NCBI RefSeq assembly: GCF_018977255.1
Contig: NW_024705358.1
Coordinates: 1-51,837, forward strand
Source of the DNA: Callorhinchus milii
Lineage: Eukaryota
Direction: 5' to 3'
Length of the DNA stretch: 51,837 nt
Position 1 is the stretch's first letter, and every line of letters begins with the position of its first letter. Shown here in pieces: positions 1 through 15,000 of the stretch. The notes under the pieces were generated by a model, which was given only the letters and a program-made list of their open reading frames with translations, was not told the DNA's origin and did not search any database. Both the position numbers and the translations under genes were made by a program.

Positions 1-3000
1 GAACGTTATTACGTCGGTTAACAAGCTGGTAGGGCAGTCAGCTAGTGTCGTTAGTCCCGGGCCAGACACACGTGAAACAATGACTGCTCGTCAGGATCCT
101 GTCACAGGCTGGTACCTGACTTATTCATAGCCTCGTCGCTAACACGACTGCGAGTCCCGTCTCTCTCCGCCATCTATGGGAATGGTGGTCTAATCCCTGC
201 AGCCACGCCCAGCCTTATCTTCAGAGGTACACGGTAGCACTCCTCAAATGTCGATACATGTCGTCGCTTTTACTACGCAAGTTTATCTTTAGCGACGAAG
301 ATAGCAGTCCGTTCTCCGGGACATGGGAATGCATCATCTTGGGCCAACTTAGCGGCGGGGCTGTTAGACCTGTAGAACAGAACCCTGCCTACCGGGTCCA
401 GGTGTATCGGGGGAACAGGCTACCACCAAATCACGCGTCGCCGACGGTACCGCCAGAGCAAAGGTTGCAGGTCATTGTAAGGAGGTAACGGCAGTGAACA
501 GGTGATTGAAAACATTAAACGGCAGTTAGTCTGGTGACAGTAGATCAAAGCTCGCTGGTAGGTGCCCAGTTTCCTCAGTCTTAACACCCCAACCAGTAGT
601 GAAAAATATCAGGCGTACGGTAGTGCTACCAACAACCCGCCGTGTGATAAGGCTCTCGATCGCGGAATGAAACACGAGTAGCAGGTTGAAAGTTAGCTAC
701 TCAAGGATAACGGGGGAGTGGAGGCAACAGCTTCCAGGCCGCGTTTTATTAATGTCGGGAAATTCTCTCCGATAACACAAAGTATGCATTACATATCCCC
801 CGGCTGGATGTTATCTACCCACGGATATGCTGTTAGGACTGACGGCCGCGACCTGGGAAGCGCCTTTGCGCGGCGTTCTTCGGTGTGCTGCTAACCACGC
901 TGCTGCGGTTTCGTTGTGTTTCGCCATCACAATATTACCATATGGTACTCCAGAAGGTTCCCTGTAACTTTTTGAATATGTATCCCATAGATAAGGGTCG
1001 CAGCGGATCATATCATGAGAACAACATTACCTAATCGCACGTGTGGGCCGCTCGCAAGAAGGACCTAGACAAGTACCGCGGCGGAAAAGAATTCGCCAGG
1101 CGAGCTTACTTCGACCGCCTGACGGAACTTCCTAGCAACGTTCTCTGGTTTTAGAATCAGAGTGAGTGACGGGGGCACGTGAGCTGCGCAGCTTTCTTAA
1201 ACCTTGAGCGATCATTGCACTCTGCGTAGCAGAACCCCCGGATATTAGCTCTCGCCCAGGGCGATAACAGATTTCACCATACTGTCGTTGACAGTCTTGA
1301 CAAATGGTGCAATGGCTCGTATACGACAAGTCAGCCTTAGCTTGACAGGCACCCGTCGATTAGAACCGGATTGGATAGGCAGAGCGGAATCGAACTGAAC
1401 ACAAATCACGCAGTGTCCCACAGCGATGAGGCATACGTGAACTACGACTTCTAGTGGGTCATATGAAGGAGAATCAAGCGTTCGATTAGCCAGCTGAATT
1501 GAGATGGTAGTCCGCCACCGCTCGTCCTTCCCAAGATACGGGGTGACTACGGTGTTAGGATCGCGCTAAGCTGCATTGTGTGAGGCCTCTCGACTTGCGG
1601 TCGTGAAAATTTTAAAGGTGGCGCCCGCGTTAACATACCTCGCGATCCTAGGGGGACAGACCCTCCCCAGCAGTCTCATGGTAATACAATCGGGGGTTAA
1701 TCATCTACGACTTGTCCACTTCTCTACAACAGGTTCGCTACTACCTGTTTAACTTCGCGATATCTTCCCACGGAACCGTCGGCAGGTCGCCGTTTAACAA
1801 TCTCGCAATGCGCCTGCATGGGAGAGGGTGTGCTGTGGCGTCCCTAGGATCTGCCGTTTTGGATTCCCAACACAACCAACCAGCTAAGATATATGGCATC
1901 TATGGTCCCTGGGTACTGTGTTGACTGATCGCGCTCTGGTTGAAAGTCGGAGCCACTTCAACTAACTAACGCCATGCAAAGGTTTCGGACCTGGCCGAGT
2001 ATTAGGCAACGACCGTTCTACACCCATACGGGAAACCGAGGCATTCTCCACCGAATAGGAAGTCTTTCTGTTGATATGTGAGGCATTGCCGGTCGTAGGG
2101 TGAGCAATGGGCTGCCAAAGACGGTCGCCCAGTTCTGCGCCCTAGTCTCAACCACTGCGTGATTAACATTGCGGCCCTGGAGCTCTAAGGCAAGAGCTCG
2201 CGCAACAGGATGGCGTTTTAAATAGAAGGAGAGCTGGCCGATAACTACCTCCAAAAGAGACGTGAACGTAATTAAGGCATAGATTCTGTGTACGCGTTAG
2301 CGAGTGCATTACGTTCTCTCCATATGTAGTGCCCCATGTGCAGGGAAAACTGACGCTCCTACTTATTCCCCCCATTGCTCATAGTGCATAGTCGCTCAGT
2401 AATTACCATCCCTGGATTGACGCACCTTAGAGAATACTGTTGCACTTGTCTTCGCTGTGACCAAGTTGGGCGGCCATTACGACGGAAGTCATACCCTGAG
2501 GAATCCTTAGACCTGACTACGCCTGTATCAGCCCGAAGAAACCATCCTCATGCTATCTATGGAAAAGTTCCTCCTACAGGTTTCGTAACGAAGCGGTGAG
2601 TGCGCTTATTTAGACTATTGCTCATGACTTTCCACAATGGACCGGAGGGGGCCACTGCAAGAAGAATGACATGGGCACTGATGTCTAATAAGACTCCTTC
2701 GGCTCCTCATTGCAGAAAGATCACCCGGGTGCCCACCTCCTACATGTATTTAACTAAACTGTTTCCGCTGACGGCGTGGCGGTCCAGCCAAAACGGTAGT
2801 TTTGAGATAGTCCCATTTAAAAGCGCTTCGTAAGAACGTACGGACAGGTCCCCTGCCTCCTTCGACGAAGGTTTAGAGTACTCTAGAAGACAAGGTTTAG
2901 AAAAGGGGCAATTGCCATAATAGGTTACCCAAGTCGAGCTTCTCAAAGGATTCGCTTACACGGCTCTAAGGCGTTAAAAAGTAATGCGAATAAGAAACTG

Positions 3001-6000
3001 GATTAACAAGAACTACAACGACGGAATAAGGTGGTTGCAGGTCCTATTTCCGGCATCCCCTGATCTGGAATAGACCACCGATCATAGCGAGCTGAAATAT
3101 CTACGGGCACACTTATTACCGCTAAGCTTAAGATAACTACGACGTGAGATTGGCCGCCGCGTGTGCGCCCAACAGTCGCACCCGTCGGAAACTTCGAAAT
3201 ACTACAGGGAACGGAGTGCGTCGCTGGTACCAGTGTTGAGCCAGTTCGAGATTCGTATGAAAAGGACAACGATGTTAACCACACGTTAGGTGGAATGTGC
3301 AGAATTAAACACCCTTCGGCATGCCATACGAAGTAGACGGTACGACCTATTTTAGTGGACTGCTATACTAAATTATTCCGTTTGTCGTGCCGGGTACTGA
3401 AAGGAGCACAACGCGGGCTTAGATGGATGATGTCTTGGGCGAAGACTCAGTTGCGGGCACGCACAACGAACCAATGGACCTACCATTGGAATAAGGTGAC
3501 CTGAACAACAGCTAATCTACCACTCACCCCTTGTCCTTGTGTGAAAGTCCACCCCTATCAGTAGGACCACTCGTGCAGCAAGTGCCCGGCACCTCGTACA
3601 GAGGGGCGGTCAACTTACGACAATCAGCGCCTGAGCCGATAAAACGCACTCGTGGACAAGTGCTCAGTCGCGATTAGCCAGTGGTTTCACCAAGGCGGTT
3701 CCTGATCAAGACGCAGCGTAGGCACAGACGAATTACAGCTTAACCGGTGTCCGTTCCGGCGGCTAGGGGTATCGAGGGCCTACACGTCTTCACTAGGTAC
3801 GTGTCACTCGCGAATGCGGAAGGTTCTCATGAGAGTGGAGGTACTCTCCTTGCCGGATTTTTCGACGCGATGGGTGCGTGGTGTACTTAATAGGCATATT
3901 AGGTAGGAGACCACATTTTCTTCTAGGTTCTGTGCCGAGCCTAGTCGGAGTGGCACTGCCCTTCTGGTGTTTTACATTAGCTGGGGCGGCATTCCACCCT
4001 TCTCGCTCGACTAGCCGGATTAGATACTTTTCACATTCGATACTTTGAGGCTTTTGCACATTGCGCACTGGAAGGTGGGACCCTCGGCACGCACAACGTC
4101 CTAAGGAGTTTGCCCGTAGACTAGGGTACGCTTAAAAGCCACTCACACCTCCAACAATCGCGACGGTTTTAACGGATCTCAGAGTCGTCGGATGATCAAC
4201 TAAACACTCGTTGGAATGGCATTCCTCACTAATTGGATTTGAGATGGGGCGACGATTAAAGATGATCACCGAGCGCGCGTTAGAAGAGTCGTAGACAGTT
4301 AAGAAAATCGACGTCAGGCCACTCCATTTTACGCAGCCATCGCCCGTGGGGTTGCATGCCCCTAGGCATTACATAGCGATATATCTAATAAGACACGGAT
4401 GTGCATAGTCGTTGGATGGCTGTGCACGCGACGCTCCTGCGATCTAACTTGTCATCGCGCGGATGCGCTTGGAATTACACTCCATCCGAAGGATGAAGGG
4501 CACTTGTTGCCCATTCCATTATGTCCCGACTTGAAGCGGAAAACCAAAACCTAATAGCAGGAAGGAATGCAACCAGAACGTACCCTAATCATCGCCACTA
4601 AAACAGTGCGCTGAGGTTAAACGTCAATGCAAGCTGGGATCAATAGAGATGTTTAGTTCTCACCGACCTAGATTAGTATGTGAGGGATACGTGGCGCTTC
4701 CGTACGCAACATATCAGTGCCCTAGTTGCTGCTCTGCGAGCAGCGGTTTGCTTTACCCGACGGGATAACCTGCGGCCGAAATCGTTATAGTTTAATTACT
4801 TGTTCATTAAGTGGGAGAGGTATGAGGTCATAGAGCCGTTGGACGGGAGAACATAATGCCCAATTATATCGAACTAACATTTGTCGCCCAGGAGCATAGT
4901 TCAAACTCGATACATTTAATACTTCCCGGCCCTGCCTCCAGCTGAAGAGGGCTCTACGACTACCTATACGCAGATGCCGCTTACGAGCAGCAGTTTCTTA
5001 AAGGTAGATTTTCAGCAACTAAAGTAAAAATTAGCTGAGTTCGCATGGTATAACAGAGGTCAGCTCTGGGAATGGGACTCTACGTATTGTTAATCATCTG
5101 ATGCGGCGCAGGACTACGAACAGGAGGACCCATATCGAGACTCGCTGTTTTGGCCGTAGGACGGAGCTGGGCGCTGACGAGGCCCCGCTCAGGGATTTAG
5201 ACGACCATAGGGGATTCTGACCACGTACTCCCAAATCCCTGCGAGGATGACTCTTCGTCCGCCGGTATTTTTTGGTTGGTGTTGGTTTGAGCACCGGCAC
5301 AAGCGCTCCCGAACCCGCCGGTGGAGTCTGCATAATACCCAGAATGAATAGGGACCATATCTTAGGCGTGATTCTTAGAATAGTGGGATCCAAAACACTA
5401 ATCGTAGAGGGCCGTTGGTTTACACATCTGATACACGAAAGCCGGTGACTACAAGTTCCGTCACAATGCTTTGCGAGATAGATGAGCCATCGGTATACTC
5501 TCGCGCGAGAACTCGTCCGAGGTGATCCACTATTAACACCACTTACAGCCTACTCCTCGCCAAGATAAAGGATACAAGCGCGAGGAACCAAGTAGTTATT
5601 CGCTCGTGCGTATTAGACGGTAGTGCCATGAGATATGAAGGATTTCGGAGGGTCGAGAGGGATGAACGATTTGGCCATGACGATGGGATGATACGGGTAG
5701 CGCCGGGTTTGCCAGGTGTGCATAATCGCTCTAGCAGACCGGCATGGAAAACAACGTGTCCGTCTGCCAGTCATCTGCTTTACCTAGCCTATTTATAAGA
5801 CGACATCCTTGCCATCCACTATCGGTTATTAAACCGTAAAGTGAGACACCCGCGTAGGTGAGTCCCTTCATTACTCCTGTCTGATCAACCAGCGCGTTTA
5901 CCCGGCATTAATCTTCCAGACCAACGAGTACGGTACAAACGCGACTTATGGCTACGGGCGCCGTAGCAGACAAATAGTGGAATGATCCGCTCACAGCGCG

Positions 6001-9000
6001 AGGCGAACTAACCGAGTACTCCCATGGGTTTTTGGCTCTTCGCGAACATGATTAGAGTGAACTACTATGCGAAACCGACTTGTGAACTGATAGTGTCCTA
6101 ATGGCGTGACAACTTGTTTCAAGTCTATACGGGAACTCACGCCAAGGCAGTACGACACAGGGTTAGGACAAAATAAAGAATGGCGAATCCAGTACTAGTT
6201 ACCTAGTGTCGCAAACAAGCGCCTAATCAAACCGCGCACGACAACGTTCCGGGACTCTTACGACAAAGACAATGTTGCCCTGGTCCGAGTTGGTATGGTC
6301 ACATATTACAGTATGATCGTAGCCTGTTCATCATACATCAAGCTCGCGTGACGTAATACGGACGTGCCGCGCACAAATGTTGGTTTAAAGCCTATCGCTC
6401 CGTTTGCCAGGCGCCACAAACGGCTGACATGACGCCTCTTGAATTGAGGATAGTCATTTGCACTGTATAAGTCTTTAGCATCTGCTAGAGCGGGCGCGTG
6501 TCAGGGATTAGCTGTCCTATGTGAGGTGCGAGTTAATATGGTTAGAATCAGATACGTCACATCGGGTGGAATTAAGGGCAAACATCCAGCTACGCCGGCT
6601 TCATGTACAGTAGGTCTGCACCGCGTGGTAAAGGGAAACCGAACGCGTTTTACCAGAACCGGGGGTTCAGTATAACCGCGAAGGCTTCGAACCCGTACAT
6701 AGTCAAATTCGCGGGATGGGATGCCCGCTAACCCCGAATAGAAAGTAGCGGGGTACCTGAGATCGGGTGAACAGGAGAAGTGCCGATTGGTGTTGGGTTG
6801 CCACACGCCACGTTGGGCAACCCTTGTGCGAAACTGTCTAAGACATGGTCCACCTAAAAGAACCGGTACACAGGGGGCGAAGAGAATGCGTTTGGTCGAA
6901 TGTAGGCTTTATCGGCACCAATAATCGGCGCCCTTTATTTTATTAGGTAGGGCTGAAAGTACCTTTGATGGAACTCTCCAGTGGCCAGCGGGCAGATCTC
7001 GGGGCAGTAATACCTCCGAGCTCCAACCCAAACGGAGACGGCAATGATTGAACACCCTTCTGATTCGGGGTAGGTCACCGATATGTTATAAGGTCTTTAT
7101 CCGTCTATTCGCCAGACTAAGAGGTCCCTAGAATTCGGCTTAAGCACATGTGGTTGTTACGTACACGAACTTTGGCGCTGGCTCCATCTGAAGGACTAAG
7201 GGGCGGGCGTAATTCGCTTCTTCCGGGAGATTGAAATCGAGTTGTCATTCCTAATCGATGATATTGTTTCACCCAAAGATGCACAACTTCATGTGAAAGA
7301 CTATGCAGGTACATCGATCCGTCGACTCCGTCCAGCTTTTTATTAGATAATCGTTGGGCGCTTGCGTCGATATATCTCTTACTGATGCTGTGACCGTTAA
7401 CACACCGACAGTTAAAGATTGTCTAGCCTTGTTCACAACCCACGATTGGAGGAGCTAGCCTTTGAAACTGCGGTCCTACCTACGTAGCCTCAACACTTTT
7501 AGTTAAGCAACCACAGCGAGGTACAAGCACAGAAGTTGCCTCTTCGACATGCCCGCGACCTGGCGACCCGATGTAGCTCCATTAAACCAACGGGGGCTGA
7601 AGCGGGCTCGAGATACCGTTATACATACAACTTTTCGACGGCTCTAGACCTCTAGTCTGCGAGAAAATCGAATTTCTCAGGTCTGCCTTGAACGGATTGG
7701 TCTATTGCATTAGTTGCGGCTGTTCTACCGGACGATTGGCGAACAGCGAAAGTGAGATAAAACCGGCGGAAGTACGTAGGTGGAGCCTAAGGTGCACAAG
7801 GTAACCGTGTACGTGATGGTATCGAGGTGTGACTTGGCTTCGTGATGAGTGGCCCGAGCACAGATTGACCTCGAAGTGTGGCCCACTATAAGAGATGCAA
7901 AGAGGCAATCCTAGCATGTCTTTCTGATAAGATGCACGTTCCGAAACGAGAGCTTCCCAAGTCGGCTTCGTGACTACTTGCGAGTAGCGTTGTTGAAGAT
8001 GTTCCTACCAGACATCTGACGTTGTATAGAACTCTAGCATGTTAGCAACCTCGATGTCAGCCAGCTGTTCGCCACACCTGGAAACTTCCCCATAACTTTA
8101 GGCGATATCTCCGGCTCACGCCCATCTTACTTGCATACGCAAAAAATGTAACGGTGCAATAGGCCGAATAAAACTCGCAAACTGGTTCGCTCCAGAGGAT
8201 TCTAGTGCCTAATGGCTCGGTTCCGTGTGTTCATAGGGATCTTTAGCATAAAAAAAGACTCCTACGCTATTAGCAGTGTGGGTGTTGGGAACGGACTCTG
8301 TAGGTGGTCTAATCTGCCTCGTAGTAATAAGCCGGAGAGCAGTGGACCTCCGCCGCAATCGTACTATTGGTGCGACATTTCCCCAAAGATTGCGATTCTG
8401 CCTTAGGACTGCCGTATTTCGACGTGCAGCAACGCTGCGCTCGGGTGTCGTACCACCGTCCTTACTTATTTGACAATACTGGACTAAGCATTGTGCAACA
8501 GTATCTTACATTCACGTGGACCTCAGGACTGATAGGATAGACAGCTATCTGTGAGCGGAGTACAGGAGGCGGTTACGACTGCCAGATACCTTTTATACAA
8601 GAGCCTTACGTGGAGTTATGCTAAACTGGAGGTACCTAGCCCCGAAGCCCTTGACTCAGCTTGAAACCCGGACGCGGAAAGGGGCAATGCTGGATACACA
8701 ACGAGTCCACAATGAGCATGGTGTATGACGTTTAGGCTGTCTATATACATTAAGGAAGACGAACATTAGTCAGGAACCACTGATAGGTAGGAATGATGTC
8801 GCACCGACCAAGCATCCTTTCGGCAGACAGATTTGGAGCCGCCATCACACGGTCTGCAAAGGTGAATTATTCTTGCCTATTTGTCTCGTAAGGGTGATCG
8901 GACCTATATGTAACAATCCGTGTGTGGTCCGTGGTTCCCTCAGTATTCAGGGCCTGCCCGGCGGGAGTAGATCGCCATAGATGAAGTAGAATGCGTAAAC

Positions 9001-12000
9001 GGACTTCTCGCATGTGACATTGAATGAACCAAGAATTTCTACACCGCACGGCAAGACGATTGGGCATGCAACGGAACTGGAGGTTCTTGCGTGCCTACAG
9101 GTGGATAATACTTAGGCGTAGCGGGCGTCCTTGCCCGATTAAACCATTCACGAAGCTGATTGCCCAGATCTAGCGTTGTTCTCCAGGATTTCGTAGAAAT
9201 CGGTATTAAAGACATTCCTAAATCTGATACTGCTGTTATACTCACGTGATGTATGAGTGATGACAGCCCATTCGCTTGTGATTAGTTCTACTTTGCCATA
9301 CTGCGTGGAGGTCGCATTTGTAAGACATGAAATACGGGGTGAACTGTTTTCGTCTTGCGAATTGTATATTGAAGTGAAAGCTAAACTATTTTCAACCGGC
9401 AATTATAGGTAGCCCACGTCCTCCGACGAGAAACCTGTGTCGGTGTGCGTGGAAGATCCTGGAATCATCAGGGCCCAGGTACAATCTACGTCAGGGAATT
9501 TTGACTCTTTCACTTTGGGTCATCGAGCGAGGGCGCCCGCGATTTTCGCAGATTCGCCAAGGTATTATGTCGAATGACGATACGTCGCCTTGAATATTCC
9601 TAGCTCGACAAATAATAAAAAAACTTGACCTCCCATCATGCAAGGGCTTAAAGCGATCTAAGCCGTAGTTGCTTTCCGCGTTCATAATATTAGGCCTAGG
9701 CCCGTAACGCGACACCAATTTCGCATGGCCCAACCCCCGATAAATGCATGGTAATAATCCCTGATATGGCACCCTTATATTTGTCGGTCGCGCGCCCGGA
9801 TCAAGTGGGAACCGTCAGTAGTGGATGTCGCATGGGCCCTGAGAGGTAAACCTTCGTTATTATATGTGGTACAGGGGCCAAGTCCCATACTTTCACAGGT
9901 ATACAGGCGACGCAATCCGACGTGCTGACGTGCGTAGGCGTAGGCATCGCAATCGATCAACAGCGTTCGCATGGAAGTCCCGATCAAAGCAAGCAGCATG
10001 ATTACGGCAACATGCCCACTTTGTGTTCAATAACTACATTCCTAGCGGGTACGCAACCGACTATCGATGCGGCGCTTGTAACATTCATGGGTGGCTCCGC
10101 ACTCAACTAGACAGGACTCGAAATCAATCACTATCGTTATTAAATGCAAGGAAAACAACGGCTGCGTGGTGTTTTCCCGCGACACTTATGCCCCGGCTAC
10201 TGGATCCAATAGCTCAGTCTTAGTGACACTATTGTGAGGAAACTGTCGTTGTCTCGGTATGCAGTCTCCACTGCGTTTTTCTAGGAGGTAACGGAGGTAG
10301 GAGCTAACCGAGTGTAGCCAGCTCGTCTTCGGGCCGGTATCCGTCGACCTTGCCAGCATCCCGTGGTACACAGGGAACAGGACCGGTGATCCAACGCACT
10401 CGGCTTGTAGAACTGTCGATTACTCCGTCTCTATCGATTCTGTAGTAACTCAGGCTGTAAGTTCTTTTTATGAAACGCGCTATGATCGAGTAACTCTGCA
10501 TCCTCTAACGTAAAGTCATACTTTGGCAACCTACAATCATAGTAGGCTTCCGAACTAGTCCCCGGATTCCTTGAATGGCAATGTAGCTGAATTACCAGCG
10601 CGGTCAGAATAGAGGCGTGCCGCGCCCCAGTAGTTCAAATGCCGAAGTGACGCTAAGGCTACTGCAATACTCAAATGTTCTATCTTCTCCCTGTGCATTA
10701 CTGGCAAGGCTGGAACTCACAGCAAGCTTAGGGTGGCGCTATTCAAAGGTCCAATTCAACAGAGAACTGTAGGGGCGAAGATTGGAGCAGTAGCTGACGT
10801 CTTGCTGATTACTAATAAAAGGATTAGCGCCGGTACTCCATCATTGTGGGTTCAGTATGCAGACAACGTCCCAATTGCAGTGGCTCTGAATGCAACCGCC
10901 TTAAGCTTATATTCATTACAGCGGGGAAGTAGGTAGCGCTTAGGATAAGACCCGATCTGAACCCCGTTGTACAGCGGACTTCATGACTTTGGTCACAGCT
11001 AGACGTCGCCGAATAACCATTCCTGTCAACCTAAGTAACAACAACGGTCCCGCCGTAACCGCTTTAGCACTACTCCGGATTTAAGGACCCTCGATCCTGA
11101 ATGTCTCGCGTGTATAAGTTAAGCTTTTGGTTATTGAGACCTTCATCTTGCTCCGTAGAGCGGTCTGGCGCAGGTCACCTCGTCCGAAGGCTATCCACTA
11201 ATGCATAAACATAAGTATTAGTTTCAATTGATGTGCCCGAATATATTTGCCCCCATCACGTAAATATCTGCGCGTATTCACCGCGAACACGCCTGCTTTA
11301 ACTTTTGGCAATCGTACACAACCGCACACGCGTAGAAATGTTCTGGTTGGGCAAGAGTGTCCACTAGTCTCGCGGCCGGATCATACAATTATTTAGTGCT
11401 TACCGCATAAGTTGCATGGAAAAAGAATCTGGGCCACACCAAGCACATAAAACGAAGGAAGTGTGACACAGGGGTCTCAGGGATTGGGGGGTGATCACGG
11501 CCAGATCTAATAGTCCCATCTAGCTAGAAGTATAGGCCTGCTGAAATACGACGCCAGCAGGCCTGCGATCGTTTTTTCGTGTACCCTAATTTGGGCCTGG
11601 AAATCTCTATATTTAGCTCATTACGTCCTGCCTGCATCCCGTTTGCGTGACTGTCTTACGTATTGCAACTGTTAAGGTACTAATTAATAAAGCAAGCACC
11701 TCACATAGTTGCCATTAAGGATGTTTAATTTAGAAGGAAACCTGGTATTAGAGTCTCCTAACTTCTGCGTTCCAACATGGCAATAGCGGGGACTCCATAA
11801 TCAAATCCCATTCCCTTCTACCGCTATCAAACTTTTTGCGGAATCCAGCGCCGTAGTTGGGACTAATCGTAAGGGTGCCTAAAAGTAATTCTCAAGGGCG
11901 TAGAAGTAGGGGGTCCCTGTGTGACAGCATGGCTAGAACGAGCACATGTAGCGGAGCACACGGGGCCCGCCGGCGATTGACGAGCGATGTCATATCACGC

Positions 12001-15000
12001 AGGACTCACAACTCATTCTGCTTCGCATGATGCGTTCGATGATCCCGTACCTAGGGCGGTCAGTGGTGTTGGAAATATCCCCGTAAAGGCGTGAAGGTGG
12101 GCATGCGGACTACATGGTAGGATTGGGTCAGCACTGGTCGAGGCGGCTATGGGGACCTGCGCAGACGTTTAATCTGACGAAATCAACGAGTGCTCTTTCT
12201 ATCGACTAGGAACAATCCTTGTGCACGCTATATTATGAAGATCGCTTGGTCGTAGCTTCAGGTGGATTTCTTCCCCCCCTACCGAAATCGATTGGGGGTA
12301 GCCCCGTCGAAACCCACGTTAGTGGGCTGTCCGGTATACGTAAGTCTACCCATAAACGCCAGGTAGGTGCAACGACCACTTATTTACGTAAAGCCAGAAT
12401 GACCGAAAAGACGAATTAAAATAATGTGAGTTTTACATTTACTATATCGAAGAAAAGGCCAAATGGACGAAGCGGATCGGACGGTAGCGGGCCCTCTCAT
12501 GTCTAAAGATTACGCTTAATACACAGGCATACCGTATAAATTGCTTAACGACACCAGGCGGCGCGGGATTATACCCTCTGGACACTACATCCGCGCAACA
12601 TTCAGATGTATTATATACTATGCGGCTAGGGAGGGAGCCGCGTCATGTGTGACCGTTTTCTTATCTGCAAACCATAAACAACGTTAGAGGAGTTATGAGC
12701 TGTACTATGGAATCCCGACATCCACAGCGCATACGGGTCGTGAGTTTCAACCCCCCAAGCCGGTTGTTCCTCGTTTTATGTTCGTCTGTGTCGAGAGTAG
12801 ACCAGTGCTACTTGTGATACGGTGGTCGAGCACTGACAAAGTGTGGCTTTGTACTGGAGAACTAGAATGGGGCTCGGGATGGAACCTGGAGTGTAATCAA
12901 CAGAAATCGCACTACTCCCATGTTAGAACCATTCTTTAGTTAGATCCTTGCTCCAGGAAGACAACCGATGGAGATTCAGGCCATGGTTTGTTTTGGGAAA
13001 TGGTCGATATTAGAGGATTGTCTCAGTGTACCGTTAGAGTCCAAATGTTATATCTTTTGTCGATTACTATTTACCCACTACTCGGAAATTCCTCGAAAGC
13101 TCGGTCAATAAGGAGATGGGCATCTCTTTCGAACGAAAATTGGACCTACCATGTTTCCCTGATGTCGAACACTAACGGTATGCCGTAACGTTTAACGCCA
13201 CCCATTAGCAGGAAGGCTGTATATTTTAGAAGTGCGCAAGTTTTTGCCATGCGGGCCGGGGTCTACGTCTGGGCGCGCTTTGCTACCAGCGTGCTTGCGC
13301 CCGATCGCCGACGAAGTATCTCTACGAACTCAGAAAAACTACATTATCACAGAATACAGACGCTTTTCGACGATAATGCTATCTCATATACCCGTGGTGC
13401 GAACCGTATAGCCAAATCAGATTGTAAACGAATACCGGAGGTTCCCGCGAGTACTGCTTGGCGTCCCACGTCCCGGGGTCCCCGGTGCTCGAACGCTGTA
13501 TTTATATGTTCTGCAAATAAGTTATTTAATTTCCACCGGCATTCAGCCGAGTAAGCATCACGGCCCGCCCAAATGCCCGCCTTTCGGACAGTATCGGAGG
13601 GGGCCACTAATGAGATTAGACTCCTACTATCCACTTGAGAGGTCCCGCGCTCGTAAGGCACTTCGGAGTAGCCCGTGACTTCGTTGTTAGAGCTCGCGGG
13701 CACACAACCGCACGTCGTTGCTAAATGCCCACGGAAGAATTAAATGACAGTCAGCGAAAGCGTGGATTATACCTGGCCGACATTCTACACATACGGATGA
13801 AGTCCCTAAGGTGTAATGTATGTGATGAGTCATCTCTATTAGCCATCACGGAGGGGCAACTACTTCGTATCGAATCTCGATGGTACCAAGCCACGGGTCC
13901 ATGTCGCGATTTAGAACGCATAGGTCCTCATGGTAAGGTCCGAAGCGTCGTCGGCATTGAAAGATGCTGATCAGCCTACAGCGTTACGAACGAGGGGCCA
14001 AATACTTAGACATACGTCCCCTGGTAGTGATCAAAGGGCGAGCGCAGTCGGCACTGGCTGCGCGCTACCAGGATGTCTTTGCAATGCATGGATGGACCCA
14101 TACTAAATAATAAGTGAGAAAGTAAACGGCGCCAAACTTCTGTCCGAGTTCACAATAGCTATGGACGATTGCTTACTGGATTGCTTGACTGGGGGGTCAA
14201 AAGAAAAAGGCTAATTGCAGGTAGCTTTGATACCTTGCGTAAATCGTCAGAACGAGCTGACTTTCTTGGTGGCTAGCATTGCCCTATCCACCAACAGTAA
14301 ACAACTCTTACGTGATATTTTAACTGACTGAGACTGGCTGCAGAGCGGCATTCGGAGTGTTTTAATCTTCGCCACCAAAGGAGCGTAGAGTATAAACTCC
14401 GAGCCTGGCCCCCTTAGAGTGGGGCCAAGCTTAATTGCGGAGTAGAAAGCCCTTTGTCACGTTAATAGCCTATTACGTTCTTTGGCAATGGAGTCCTTAG
14501 GTGAGGTCGCGAGCGACTCGCAGAGATGAGCCGCGTAGAACGGCGCCATATAATGGTCCTGCGCTAACGGTCTCGATTGAGCAGTTTACGAGATCCCTCA
14601 GGCAACTCTAGAAGCGCGCATTACTGTTGCCGTTACACGCTTTGGCTTGCGAATTACCGCCGCCGACGCTGCTCCATTCCGGCCCCCCAGATGATCCTCT
14701 CAAAACAATCAAACCATTTGAATCAACGCCGTCATCTCTCTCCCGCTCGGGTCTTACCGCCAAGTCATAGGGTCAGTGCTGGAGTGCCACCGATTCCGGT
14801 ATAAATAAGAGGCTGGCGTGCGCCATTACACGCGAGTCCACCAAGCGCAAATGGGGCTGAACACAACGTTGGGCCATCTAGCTCTTGGAGCCAAGGGACC
14901 CGAATCCTGTATTCGGTTTATCACTGCTTCATGACTCTTAGGGTATTATGTAGACGGTAACATACGGTGACACCGTATAATACCCTAAACATTATGGTGT

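Noticed and set aside
3456..4098. 13-bp direct repeat GGCACGCACAACG at 3456-3468 and 4086-4098
   Set aside because: About 4 such 13-mer pairs are expected by chance in 23 kb; there is no array or periodicity, so it is not CRISPR-like.
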